NCBI RefSeq assembly: GCF_000019345.1
Contig: NC_010503.1
Coordinates: 120,001-152,000 of the forward strand
Direction of reading: 5' to 3'
Source: Ureaplasma parvum serovar 3 str. ATCC 27815
GTDB lineage: Bacteria > Bacillota_I > Bacilli_A > Mycoplasmatales > Mycoplasmoidaceae
DNA length: 32,000 nucleotides
A model generated the notes under the pieces. The model saw only the letters and a program-made list of their open reading frames with translations, was not told where the DNA came from and did no database searches. Every line of letters starts with the position of its first letter. Positions within the stretch are counted from its first letter, which is position 1. The position numbers were made by a program, and so were the translations under genes. This document shows, piece after piece, positions 7,734-20,215 of the stretch.

Positions 7734-10565
7734 ATGGACAAAATTATCATTAAAGGCGCTAGAGAAAATAATTTAAAAAATATTGATCTAGAAATTCCTA
7801 AAAATAAACTAGTTGTTATTACAGGTGTTTCAGGATCAGGTAAATCATCGCTTGCTTTTGATACGATTTTTGCTGAAGGAAAACGTCGTTATTTTGAATC
7901 ACTTTCAAGTTATGCCCGCCAGTTTTTAGGTGGAAATGATAAAGCTGATGTTGAAAGTATTGAAGGTTTATCACCAACCATTGCTGTTGATCAAAAATCA
8001 ACAAATCAAAATCCAAGATCAATTGTTGGGACAATTACAGAAATCTATGATTATTTACGAGTTTTATTTGCTCGTGTTGGAACACCTTTTTGTCCAAATG
8101 GGCATGGTCAAATTAAATCACAAACTCCAAAACAAATTGCTGATTTCTTATTTAGCTTATCACCTAAAAGTAAAATACAAATTCTTGCACCAATTGAAAT
8201 TAAAAAAGGTTATAAAATTAATGATGTTTTAAATAATTTAAGAAATCAAGGTTATTTAAGAGTTTTAGTTAATAATGAAGTTTATCAATTAGATGAAAAT
8301 TTGCCTCAATTTTTAGATAACAAAAAAACAGATGTTGCAATCATTGTTGATCGTTTAATTTTAAATATTGATCACCAAACAAAAACACGAGCACTAGATG
8401 CTATTGAATTTGCTTTAAATTATAGTGGGGGAGAAATTGCATTTAAGGTTAATGATGATATTCATTACTTTACACAAAACGATGTTTGTCAAGTTTGTGG
8501 TTTTAAAATTAAAGAAATTGAACCAACATTATTTTCATTTAATTCACCAATTGGTGCTTGTGAACAGTGTAAAGGGCTAGGATATAATTATGTTCCTGAT
8601 GAGCGTAAAATGATCCCTAATCCAAATTTATCAATTAACGAAGGCGGTTTAGATTATTTTAAAAACACTGTTAATACAACTAATCTTGATTGACAACGTT
8701 TTAATTCAATTATTAAACACTATAAAATTGATAAAACTAAACCTTTAAAAGAATTAGATCGTAAAGAAATAGATTTATTACTATATGGATCAGATGAAGC
8801 AATTGAGATTGATATAACTTCTGCAAATAATAAAAAGTATTCATCAATAGATTATGTTGAGGGGGTTTTAGAATTAGTTAATCGTCGTTATCAAGAGACA
8901 TCAAGTGAATTAGCCCGTGAACATTACAATAAATACATGAGTGAAAAAGTTTGTAAATCATGTAAAGGCAAAAAACTATCTTCACAAGCTTTATCGGTTT
9001 TAATTAATAAAATTAACATTATTGATTTTATTGAAAAAAACATTGATGAGGCGATTGATTTTTTATTACACTTAGATTTGAATGAAGCACAAACAAAAAT
9101 TGCCAATCCAATTTTAAAAGAAGTTTTAGATCGTTTAGGATTTTTAAAAAATGTTGGTTTAGAATATTTAACTTTAGCTCGTCCTGCATCAAGTTTATCA
9201 GGGGGCGAAGCACAACGGATTCGTTTAGCCACTCAAATCGGCTCTAAACTAACAGGTATTTTATATGTACTTGATGAACCATCAATTGGTTTGCATCAAC
9301 GCGATAACGATAAATTAATTAATACATTAAAAGAAATGCGTGATTTAGGTAATACAGTTATAGTTGTTGAACATGATGAAGAAACAATGCTAGCAGCTGA
9401 TTATTTAATAGATATTGGTCCTCAAGCTGGAGTTAATGGTGGTTATGTAATAGCAGCTGGAACACCACAAGAAGTAATGCAAAATCCTAATTCACTAACA
9501 GGACAATATTTATCAAAACAAAAAGATATTTTAGTTCCTAAAACACGAAGAAGTGGTAATGGTCATAAAGTTATTTTAAAAGGTGCAAAACATAATAATT
9601 TAAAAAATGTTGATTTAACAATTCCTTTAGGTAAATTCATTTGTGTTACTGGAGTTTCAGGATCTGGTAAATCATCACTAATTTTAGAAACATTAGTTAA
9701 AGCTATTGAATACACTAATTTTAATCCTTTTGTAATTCCAGGCGAGTATAAAGATTTAATTGGCGCATCGAATGTTGATAAAATCGTTGTCGTTAATCAA
9801 GATGCAATTGGTAGAACTACGAGATCAAATCCAGCTACTTATGTTGGGGTATTTGATGATATTAGAACAGTATTTGAAAATACAATTGAAGCTAAAGCAC
9901 GTGGCTATAGTAAAAGTCGTTTTTCTTTTAATATTAAAGGAGGCCGTTGTGAACGTTGTTGGGGGGATGGTACGATTCGCATTGAGATGCACTTTTTACC
10001 AGATGTTTATATAAGTTGTGAAGAATGTCATGGAAAACGTTATAACGATGAAACACTTCAAGTTAAATTTAAAGGTAAATCAATTTATGATGTACTAAAA
10101 ATGCCAATCGATGAAGCTTTAGTATTTTTTGAAAATTATCCTGGTATTCATCGTAAACTACAATTATTAGTTGATGTTGGTTTAGGATATTTAGAGTTAG
10201 GAGCCTCTTCAACTTCATTATCAGGGGGCGAAGCACAACGTATTAAGTTAGCTAAGTTTTTACAACGTAAGCCAACAGGAAAAACATTATTTGTTTTAGA
10301 TGAACCAACAACAGGACTGCATATTGATGATGTAGCTAAATTAATTAAAATTTTAGATAAAATTGTTGATGGAGGAGACACTGTTTTAGTTATAGAACAC
10401 AATCTTGATTTAATTAAGGTTGCAGATTATATTATTGATATTGGCCCTGAAGGTGGTAATAAAGGTGGTAAAATTATAGCTACTGGTACTCCAGAGCAAT
10501 TACTAAGTAAAAAGGACATATCTTATACTGCTCAATATTTAGAAAAGTATTTAAAAAAGAACTAA
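7734..10565 (+). CDS. uvrA: excinuclease ABC subunit A
   Basis: Track ORFs 7734-8693 and 8937-10565 are in frame, and the first break (8694-8696) is a TGA. There are two ABC ATPase modules ([10 protein letters not shown] twice, LSGGEAQRI twice, Walker B LDEP twice) and Cys-x2-Cys zinc modules. The 943-aa length is typical of UvrA. Confidence 0.97.
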
Positions 10566-10569
10566 ATTT

Positions 10570-12234
10570 ATGAAACATAAGACAAAAAAAATAACGCTTT
10601 TAATAGCAGGAATTACTTTAACTTCATTATGTACAATTTTTGCTATTACAGCTTGTAGTAAGCAAAAATCACAACCAAATCCAAAAATAAAACCCAATAA
10701 AATTATTGAGAAAATTGATCAAGCATTTTTTAATGAATTTAAAACAAAAATTGAACAAAAACGCACACTTCCAAATATTAAAATCACTTCAACCTTTAAA
10801 ATTCCTTTTGAGAAAAACGAAAACACTTTAAAATCCCCACTTTTTAAAATTGGTGAGAAATCGGTTTTTGATTTAAAACAAAATGAAATTCCAATAACAT
10901 GAGTTCAAGATTTAAAAGATTATTTTTTATCGCAAAAAACCATTTTAACTTATTATTCATTAGCAAATTTAAAACTAACAGGCAATGATGCTAAAGATGC
11001 ATATTTTTTAGAATTTATTCAATATATTCAAAATATGCAACAAAAAGGAATTATATCAGAAGATTTTTATCAACAATTATGATATTTAATTAGTGAAATT
11101 AGTGACTATGATATGCAAAATGGTATTTTACGTTCAGTATATCGTATCGCTAATCCTAAACTTGCAATCAAGGATTTTTACCTTGATGGTTCGCTTTATG
11201 GATTTAAAAAAGAAAAAAGTAAATACATGAATTTTACAAGTTTGTTTCAATGACCGAATGCAGAAGAAAAAGCAACTTTTGATGTTGTTTTTAAAAATAA
11301 AAACAGCGCTCAGTCTTATACAAAAAAGATTGAACTGATTTATTCTAAAGAAAAAAAATTTATTTTAGATTCATTAATTAATTATAGTGAGTTTACTCCA
11401 GGTGAATATGAATTAGTATCAATTAAAAAACATGATGATATGAATGCCAAGAATTTGATTAATCCCAACAACCCTAATATTGCAAAAATTTTTAAAATTA
11501 AAGTTTTTAAAGAAAACGAAAAATTTAAACCAATAACCTTAACGTCAATTAATCAACAAGAAGCGGATGAATATGATCGACAAAGAAATCAAATTATTCA
11601 TAAAAATAATTCAGAAATTGGGATATTAGATGATTCAAATAAAATTAAAGAGTTAGGAACTTTTTTATATTTTAAAAAACCTTTATCTGAAATTACAATC
11701 AACGATTTTGATCGTTATTTTAGAACTTATTTTATTTGTCCAGAGCAAGATTTTAATGATTTTAGTCGTCAATATAAAATTACTAAAATTGATAAACAAA
11801 AACAAATAATAGAACTAAGTATATTACATATTAATAATAAAACAAATGAAATTTATAGTTCACCAATTAATTTTAAGTTTTATTACAAAAAAATATATGA
11901 TATTAACAAAAACACTGATGCACGATTAGATTTAAGTTTTGATGAATCTAAAAAAGAACAAAAACAAAAACTACAAGAGTTAGTTAATAAATTAAATTTT
12001 GATAAACTTACTTATAATGATTTAAGTGAATTAGCTGTTGTGATGTTTGAGGATGTGGATTTAGAAAACACTAAAATTTATGTTGAAATGATTAAAAATA
12101 AAGATCGTTCAATTACTTTAAAAGCTTTTGTTGATAAAGCTTTTAAAAATGGAAAATTAAAGGTAAGTAATAAACCAGATATTTTAATAAAAGAGTTTAA
12201 AATAAACTATTTTATGCCTAATTACTTTAAATAA
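10570..12234 (+). CDS. lipoprotein of unknown function (554 aa)
   Basis: Signal peptide plus lipobox MKHKTKKITLLIAGITLTSLCTIFAITAC-S. Track ORFs 10570-10902 and 11440-12234 are in frame. I translated the gap by hand and it contains only TGA codons. The ATG lies 4 nt after the uvrA stop. Confidence 0.85.
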
Positions 12235-12299
12235 TAATAATTACTTAATGGTATAATAGTATGATTAAAAATCAAAAAACAAGAAATGATGGTATAAAA

Positions 12300-12881
12300 A
12301 TGAAAGATATTGATCCAAGAATAAAAGAGGTTTTGATCACTGAAGAACAAATTGATCAAAAAATCACTGAAGCAGCTAATTGAATCAATAAGGAATATGA
12401 AGGTAAAGAACCAATTATAATTGGTATTTTAAAAGGATGCATTCCATTTATTGGCAAATTATTACCAAAAATTAAAATTGACATGAAACTAGATTTTTTA
12501 GCAATTAGTAGTTTTAAGGGAGCAACTAGTGCTCAAACAGAACCAGAAATTATTACTGATCTTAAATTTGAAGTTAAAGATCGTGATCTAATTTTAGTAG
12601 AAGATATTGTTGATACAGGACGCACAATTAAAAAGGTTTATGATTTACTTAAAATTCGAGGCGCTCGTTCAATTAAATTAGTTACCTTGGTTGATAAAAA
12701 AGACGGCCGATTAGTAGATTTACAAGCCGATTTTGTATGTTGTGATATTCCATTAGTCTTTATTGTTGGTTTTGGTTTAGATTATAAAGAAATTATGCGT
12801 AATTTACCATATATTGGTGTTTTAAAAGAAGAAGTTTATCAAAATGATTTAAATAATAAAAACGAAGGGGATGGAGAGTAA
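12300..12881 (+). CDS. hpt: hypoxanthine phosphoribosyltransferase
   Basis: MKDIDPRIKEVLITEEQIDQKI..., GILKGCIPF and the PRPP-binding LILVEDIVDTGRT, then GFGLDYKEIMRNLPYIGVLK. One TGA=Trp. An in-frame ATG at 12261 is an alternative start, but a TGGTATAAT extended -10 at 12249-12257 favours 12300. Confidence 0.9.
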
Positions 12882-12885
12882 TTAG

Positions 12886-15051
12886 ATGTATTTTTTAAAA
12901 AAAATAGTAAATTTATTTAGTTCAAAAATTGAATCAGAAGATAATAATGTTAAAAAAGACGACTTAACTCAACCACGTAAACAATCGCCAGAAGCGCGCA
13001 AACGAAGAAATCGAAGAATTATATTTTGATTAATTATTTTATTAATTATAGGAACAATTATTGGAGTTATTATTTATTTTTCTGTTCGTAAAGAATATGA
13101 TAACGTAATTGTTAAAAGTGCTCAAACAGAAGTTGTTAATAACAAAAAAGTTTTATATTTAAATACTATTAGGCCTAATAGCACTCAAATAACACGTTAT
13201 ACAATTGATGAAGATCAACTACTTACTGCACGTGTTAATATTTTAAATAATACTAATTTTCAAATAATTTCTAATGCATCAAGTTTAGGGCTGTCAAGAA
13301 TCTCATTTAATATTGTGCGTGAAGGTGTTGAAAAGTTTAAACTTGGTGAAACAAATATCTATGCACCAATTTCTGGGAATACTAATAATCAATGAAATTG
13401 GTTAACATCTATTATTACTCAAAATGCAGGAATTCCATCTTCTGGCTTTAATCCACAAGTTATTATTTCTCCATTAATTTCAATTATTTTCTTCATAATT
13501 TTCTTATACATTATTTTACGTGTTTCTAAAGCACAAAGCGACTCTTTATTAGGAACTAATAAGGCGAATGCTAAACTAACAAAATCTGGTGTTCGCTTTA
13601 GTGATGTTGCTGGAATTGCTGAGGTTAAAGAAGAATTAATTGAAATTGTTGATTTCTTAAAAGAACCTAAAAAATATGTTGCTGCTGGTGCTAGAATCCC
13701 AAAAGGTGTAATGTTATATGGACCTCCAGGAACAGGAAAAACATTAATTGCTAAAGCTGTAGCTGGTGAAGCTAATGTTCCATTCTTTCAAACAACGGGT
13801 TCATCTTTTGAAGATACTTTTGTTGGAGTTGGTGCACGTCGTGTGAGAGAATTATTTGAAAAAGCACGTAAGAGTGCTCCCGCCATTATTTTTATTGATG
13901 AAATTGACTCAGTAGCTAAAAAACGTGGTAATTCATTAACTGCTGTACAAGACCAAACAATTAACCAATTATTATCAGAATTAGATGGTTTTGATACTTC
14001 AAGTGGTGTAATTGTTATGGCTGCGACAAATAGATTAGACACATTAGATGACGCAATTTTACGTCCTGGACGTTTTGACCGACAAATTAGTGTTAACTTA
14101 CCAGATATTTTAGAACGTGAACAAATTTTAAGAATTCACTCACGTAATAAAAACTTATCTGCGAAAGTTAGTTTAGAAGATATTGCACGTCGTACTGCTG
14201 GATTTAGTGGTGCACAATTAGAAAATGTTTTAAATGAAGCCGCATTACTATCAGTTAGAGATAAAGCAACATCAATTCATATGAATCATTTAGATGAAGC
14301 GATTGATCGTGTTATTGCAGGACCTTCACGTCCTAATAAAGTTATTTCTGAACGTGAACGTGAACAAGTTTCATACCATGAAGCTGGACATGCATTAATT
14401 GGTTTATATTCACCAGGTGCTGATGTTGTTCAGAAAATTACTATTGTTGCTCGTGGTCGAGCTGCTGGTTATACACTACAAACTCCTGAAAGAAATGAAA
14501 ATATTTTACAAAATAAAACTGAATTAATTAGTCGAGTGCGTACTGCATTAGGTGGTCGAGCTGCAGAAGAGTTAATTTATGGACCTAATGAAATTACAAC
14601 AGGTGCAGCAAATGACTTTTATAAAATTACAAACATCGTAAGAGCAATGGTAGCTTCTTTTGGAATGACAGATGTGGGTTTAACGCAATATATTGCTACT
14701 GAAGGTGTTGATAACCCTTATCGAAATAGTTATTCAGAACAAACAGCATTAGCAATTGATATTGAAATTGAAAAAATTATTCAACGTGAATATAAAATTG
14801 TTAAAGAAATGATTAATGAACATCGTGAAGAATTGGAATTAATCGTTCAAACATTATTAGAATTAGAAACAATTTTAAAGCCACAAATTGATTATATTCA
14901 CCAATACAAACAATTACCACCAGAGGTAATTGCTAATAAAAACAAACGTGAAGCTTCTCAAAAACAAGCAAATAGTAGTGTAGAAGAAGCAAAAGTTGTT
15001 GACGATGAAGAATCAATAAAAGATAAAGAAAAAGATCAAAAATCTAACTAA
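12886..15051 (+). CDS. ftsH: ATP-dependent zinc metalloprotease FtsH
   Basis: ATG at 12886 follows GGGGATGGAGAG. The frame runs continuously into track ORF 13711-15051 through TGA codons. It has two TM segments flanking an extracytoplasmic domain, Walker A GPPGTGKT, Walker B IIFIDEID, the second region of homology (SRH) and the zinc site HEAGHA. Confidence 0.97.
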
Positions 15052-15061
15052 ATTATTAAAT

Positions 15062-15110
15062 AAAATGCTTGCTAACCTTTTTGTTTGGTTAAATAGCATT
15101 TTATTTTATT
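15062..15110 (+). terminator. probable rho-independent terminator after ftsH
   Basis: An imperfect hairpin, AAAATGCTTGCTAACC ... GGTTAAATAGCATTTT, is followed by ATTTTATT. Confidence 0.5.
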
Positions 15111-15161
15111 AAAATATATGTTTATATAGGTTGTTAAGCAAACTTAAAGAGGAAGAGTTAT

Positions 15162-16418
<1,257 letters not shown>

Positions 16419-16425
16419 TAAATAA

Positions 16426-16468
16426 AATAAGAAGTTAACTTTAGTCATAAAGCTAGCTTCTTATTTTT
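16426..16468 (+). terminator. rho-independent terminator after serS
   Basis: AATAAGAAG (16426-16434) pairs perfectly with CTTCTTATT (16457-16465), with inner CTTTA/TAAAG pairing, followed by TTT. Confidence 0.6.
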
Positions 16469-16590
16469 AATAAATACTGCTTGAAATTTTATACCTTTAT
16501 TGATTGATATATCATTAATTACTATATGAAATATTTATTGGTTTTTAAATCAAAATTATTATTTTAATTTAAATAATTAAAAAATAAATT

Positions 16591-16614
16591 AAACTCTAAA
16601 AAAAGAGTTTTTTC
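16591..16614 (+). terminator. orphan terminator-like hairpin in the serS-potA intergenic region
   Basis: AAACTCT-AAAAAA-AGAGTTT is a perfect 7-bp stem followed by TTTT. No ORF lies upstream of it. Confidence 0.3.
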
Positions 16615-16820
16615 TTTGCTTTTACTATTAAAATTTAAGCTATTTTTCATATAAAAAAAACTTAAAAACAAAGCAAATTTTTACTTTAAAATCAAATTTA
16701 AAAAAAATAGTTGTTTTTAATAATTTTATTAGTGTTTTTTATGTTATATTTTATTTGTTTTCAATTTTGAAATATCATGAGTTTACTCATGTTTTATTTT
16801 TTTATTTATGGAGGATATAT

Positions 16821-18380
16821 ATGGAAAAAACACTCCTACATCTTAGAGATATTACAAAAATCTATGATGATGGATTTGCTGCTGTAAACAAATTTGATTT
16901 AAAAATAAAAAAAGGTGAATTTGTCACTTTATTAGGACCAAGTGGTTGTGGTAAGACAACAATGTTAAAAATTATTGCTGGATTTGAACAACCTACTAAT
17001 GGAAAAATTTTATATAATGGAATTGATATTAAGGATATGCCAATTCGACTAAGACCAACATCAACGGTGTTTCAAGACTATGCGCTATTCCCTAATATGA
17101 CTGTTAAACAAAACATAAAATATGGTTTAAAACTAATGCGTAAACCAAAAGATAATGTTGATCAAAGTATTTATTTGCAAGCTGATAAAGTTTATAATTC
17201 AGCTTCTAAAAAAGCAAATGAAAAAATTAAAGAATTAAAAAAACAAAGACGCGGGTTATTGGCTGAAATCAAAAAAATGGATCTTAAATACCAAAAGAAT
17301 AAGAACATTTTTGAAATAAAAGAAATGCGAAAAAACCAATATCTTGGCACACTTGATGAACTTTATCAAAAACAAGGTATTAATAAAAATGGAAAACCAG
17401 GTTTTTTAAATTATTTTAAAAGTTGATTTAGTCATGAAAAATTGAATTTAAACGATCCAATTGATAGAGAAATTTTTAATTTAAAAAAAGCATATAAAGA
17501 AAAAAGTGGATTAGATAAACGATATGATAAGATTACTTACAAATATAATGATCTTGATTATTGAGAATCATATTGAGCAACTTATCCACAATTAAAAAAA
17601 GAACAATTTGAAAATAAAAATATTACACGATTATTAACTAAAGAAGAAGTCGAAAAAGAAGCAAATCGTGTAATTAATTTAGTTGGTTTAAGTGCACGTA
17701 AGGATTCGTATCCAAGTGATTTATCGGGTGGTATGCAACAACGTGTTGCACTAGCACGTTCACTAGTAATACAGCCTGAAATTATTTTATTAGATGAACC
17801 ATTAAGTGCACTAGATGCAAAAGTACGTAAACAATTACAAGATGAATTAAAAAAACTACATAAAAATTTAGGAATCACCTTTATTTTAGTAACTCATGAT
17901 CAAGAAGAGGCTTTAAGTTTATCAGATAAAGTTGTGGTTATGTCAAATGGTCAAATCGAACAAGTCGGTAAACCAAGTGATATTTATGATTCACCAAATT
18001 CATTGTGAGTAGCTAATTTTATTGGTAAAACTAATATTTTTGAAGGTCATTATATTGCTAAAGGTGAAGTTGAATTTGATGGTATTACTTCTAAAACAGA
18101 TGTGATTAATGGTTTTAGCGAAAATGAAGCGTGTTATATTATGATTCGCCCAGAAGACTTTGATGTTGTTAAAAAAGACGAAGGATCAATTAATGCTAGA
18201 GTTGAATCAGTATTATATAAAGGGTTAATGTGAGATATTAAGTGTAAATATAATGACATGATTATTAGTGTTGAAGGTGTTAATAAAGTTAATGAAGGTG
18301 ATGAAATTGGTTTAGATTGAGATGACATTGATGTGCATGTAATTAAAAAGGATTATTTAAATAATGAACAAGCAATTTAA
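16821..18380 (+). CDS. potA: ABC transporter ATP-binding protein, PotA-like (spermidine/putrescine type), with a large internal insertion
   Basis: GGAGG lies 6 nt before ATG 16821, so the track's TTG start at 16755 is rejected. Walker [11 protein letters not shown]-loop [13 protein letters not shown], signature LSGGMQQR, Walker [12 protein letters not shown], and a C-terminal regulatory domain. The frame is continuous through TGA codons to TAA at 18378-18380. Length 519 aa. Confidence 0.92.
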
Positions 18381-19371
18381 TTTCAATTTTGCACCATCTA
18401 AATTATCAGATATTAACAAAAAAAACGAAACAGTATTTTTTTTAAAAGAAGTTAAAGTAATTAAAAAAAACAATCGTAAGCATTATAAACAAACTCTTTT
18501 TGATAAATTAAAAATGAATAAGGCACTAATATTAACAATTCCTTATTTTTTAGTAACTATTTTTTTATTGATAATACCATTGGTTAGTATTATTGTTAAA
18601 ACTTTTATTAACAATACTGATTCAACTGGTGTAACAACAAACATCATTGATAATTGGTCAGTAATTACGCCAACTATTGGAATGAAAATTTTTAATTCGT
18701 TATGAATCGCTGCAGTTGCTACAATTTTTTGTTTAATTATTGGTTATCCATTTGCGTATTTTTTAAGTATTGGTAAATCAAAATTTTTAAAAGCAATTGC
18801 AATTGCACTAATTACTTCACCAATTTGGATGAGTATGTTAGTAAAACTAATTGGTATTAAAACCTTTTTTGATGTAGTAAATGGAGAAATTAATAGTACA
18901 CATGGGCACATTTTTACTATTTTAGGTTTAGTTTATATTAATTTGCCATTAATGATTTTGCCTATTTATACATCTTTGTCAACAATGCCTAAAAACCTAG
19001 TTAATGCTAGTTATGATTTAGGAAGAGGTTTTTTTTACACCTTCTTTCATATTGTAATTCCTTACACTAAAAATGCTTTAATTTCAGGAGTTTGGATTGT
19101 TTATTTAGCAGCATTTACATCAGTTGTGGTTTCAGGTTTTTTAAATAATGATAACGCTGGAGGACTAATTGGTGGAGAAATCTTTGCTCAAGGACAAGAC
19201 GGTATTTCAAGTGGAGTTCAACTATCACGGTCATCAACAATTACTTTAGTAATTAGTTTAATTTTATTAGGGATTTATCTTATTATTGTTATTATTCCAA
19301 AAATAGTCCAATTAATTTATTACAAACGAAAAAATCTAAAAAAAGGAGTAAAGAATAATGAAGCAGATTAA
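18364..19371 (+). CDS. potB: ABC transporter permease, PotB-like
   Basis: The ATG overlaps the potA 3' end by 17 nt. Track ORFs 18364-18705 and 18829-19371 are in frame. The protein is polytopic with an EAA-type loop, ASYDLGRGFFYTFFHIVIP. An in-frame ATG at 18514 (MNKALILTIPYF...) is an alternative start. Confidence 0.88.
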
Positions 19372-20212
19372 TTGATTGTCTTGATTGCGTAATTTTTATA
19401 TTTGAATTATTTTAGCAATCATTTATATTCCTTTAATTATCATTGTTTTATTATCATTTACCACACCTTCAATTAAAGGAAACATTACATCAGCTTTTAA
19501 CTGGAATGATGGTTCAAATTATTTAACACTAACAACCAATCAATTTACAGATGCTTTAATTAATACAATTATTATTTCAGTTATCGCTGTACCAATTTCT
19601 ACAATCATTGCAACAATAACTTGTTTTGGGGTTTGGCATGCAAAAATATTTTATAAAAAATTAATGACAGCATCATCACAAACAAACATAATGATTCCAG
19701 ACGTAATTAGTGGTATTTCATTATCTTTATTATTTGCTGCTACTTTTATTCCAATTGGTTTTAGTTTTGGATTTGGTACGATTATATTAGCACACATTTC
19801 TTCTTGCACTCCTTATGCAATTATGATTATTTATCCTAGAATGTTAAAAATGAAAAAAAATTTAATTCTTGCTAGTTATGATTTAGGTTATACAAAAATT
19901 GCAACCTTTTTTAGAATTATTTTACCTTATTTATTACCTTCAATTATTTCAGCAACAATCATTGTTTTTGCTATGTCTTTTGATGATTTTATTATTACTA
20001 AATTGGTTGGAGGTAAAGTTAATACCATTGGAACAGAAATGTATTCGATGGCTAAAGGAATTAAAGCATGAGCGGTTTGTTTTGGTGCTTTAATGGTTTT
20101 ATTAACAATTTTAATTGCTGCATTAATTAGTGCTAATAAAATTATTAAGTTAAAATTAATTAATAAACAAACTAATAAACGCAAATTAAAAATTTGAAAT
20201 AGACAGGTTTAA
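19358..20212 (+). CDS. potC: ABC transporter permease, PotC-like
   Basis: AAAGGAG precedes ATG 19358. The N-terminus, MKQINWLSWLRNFYIWIILAIIY, contains three TGA=Trp codons. EAA-type loop ASYDLGYTKIATFFRIILP. TAA at 20210-20212. Length 284 aa. Confidence 0.9.
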
Positions 20213-20215
20213 ATT

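Noticed and set aside
14856-14865. A 10/11 match to the AATTAGAATTA core inside ftsH, plus partial matches in the TELE repeat and at the hsdM 3' end, as additional recombination sites
   Set aside because: These matches are imperfect, lie inside intact genes and have no associated breakpoint. They mainly show that the core alone is not statistically distinctive.
16611-16680. TTTGCTTT / AAAGCAAA inverted repeat in the serS-potA spacer
   Set aside because: It has only 8 bp of pairing across a loop of about 47 nt in A/T-rich sequence, which cannot be distinguished from background.
16755-16820. N-terminal extensions proposed by the track for potA (TTG 16755), the exonuclease gene (TTG 22970) and the HAD gene (ATG 30817)
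   Set aside because: Internal ATGs at 16821, 23015 and 30877 have better SD context and begin exactly where homology starts. The 22970 extension would begin inside the upstream terminator hairpin, and the 30817 extension overlaps the folA 3' end.
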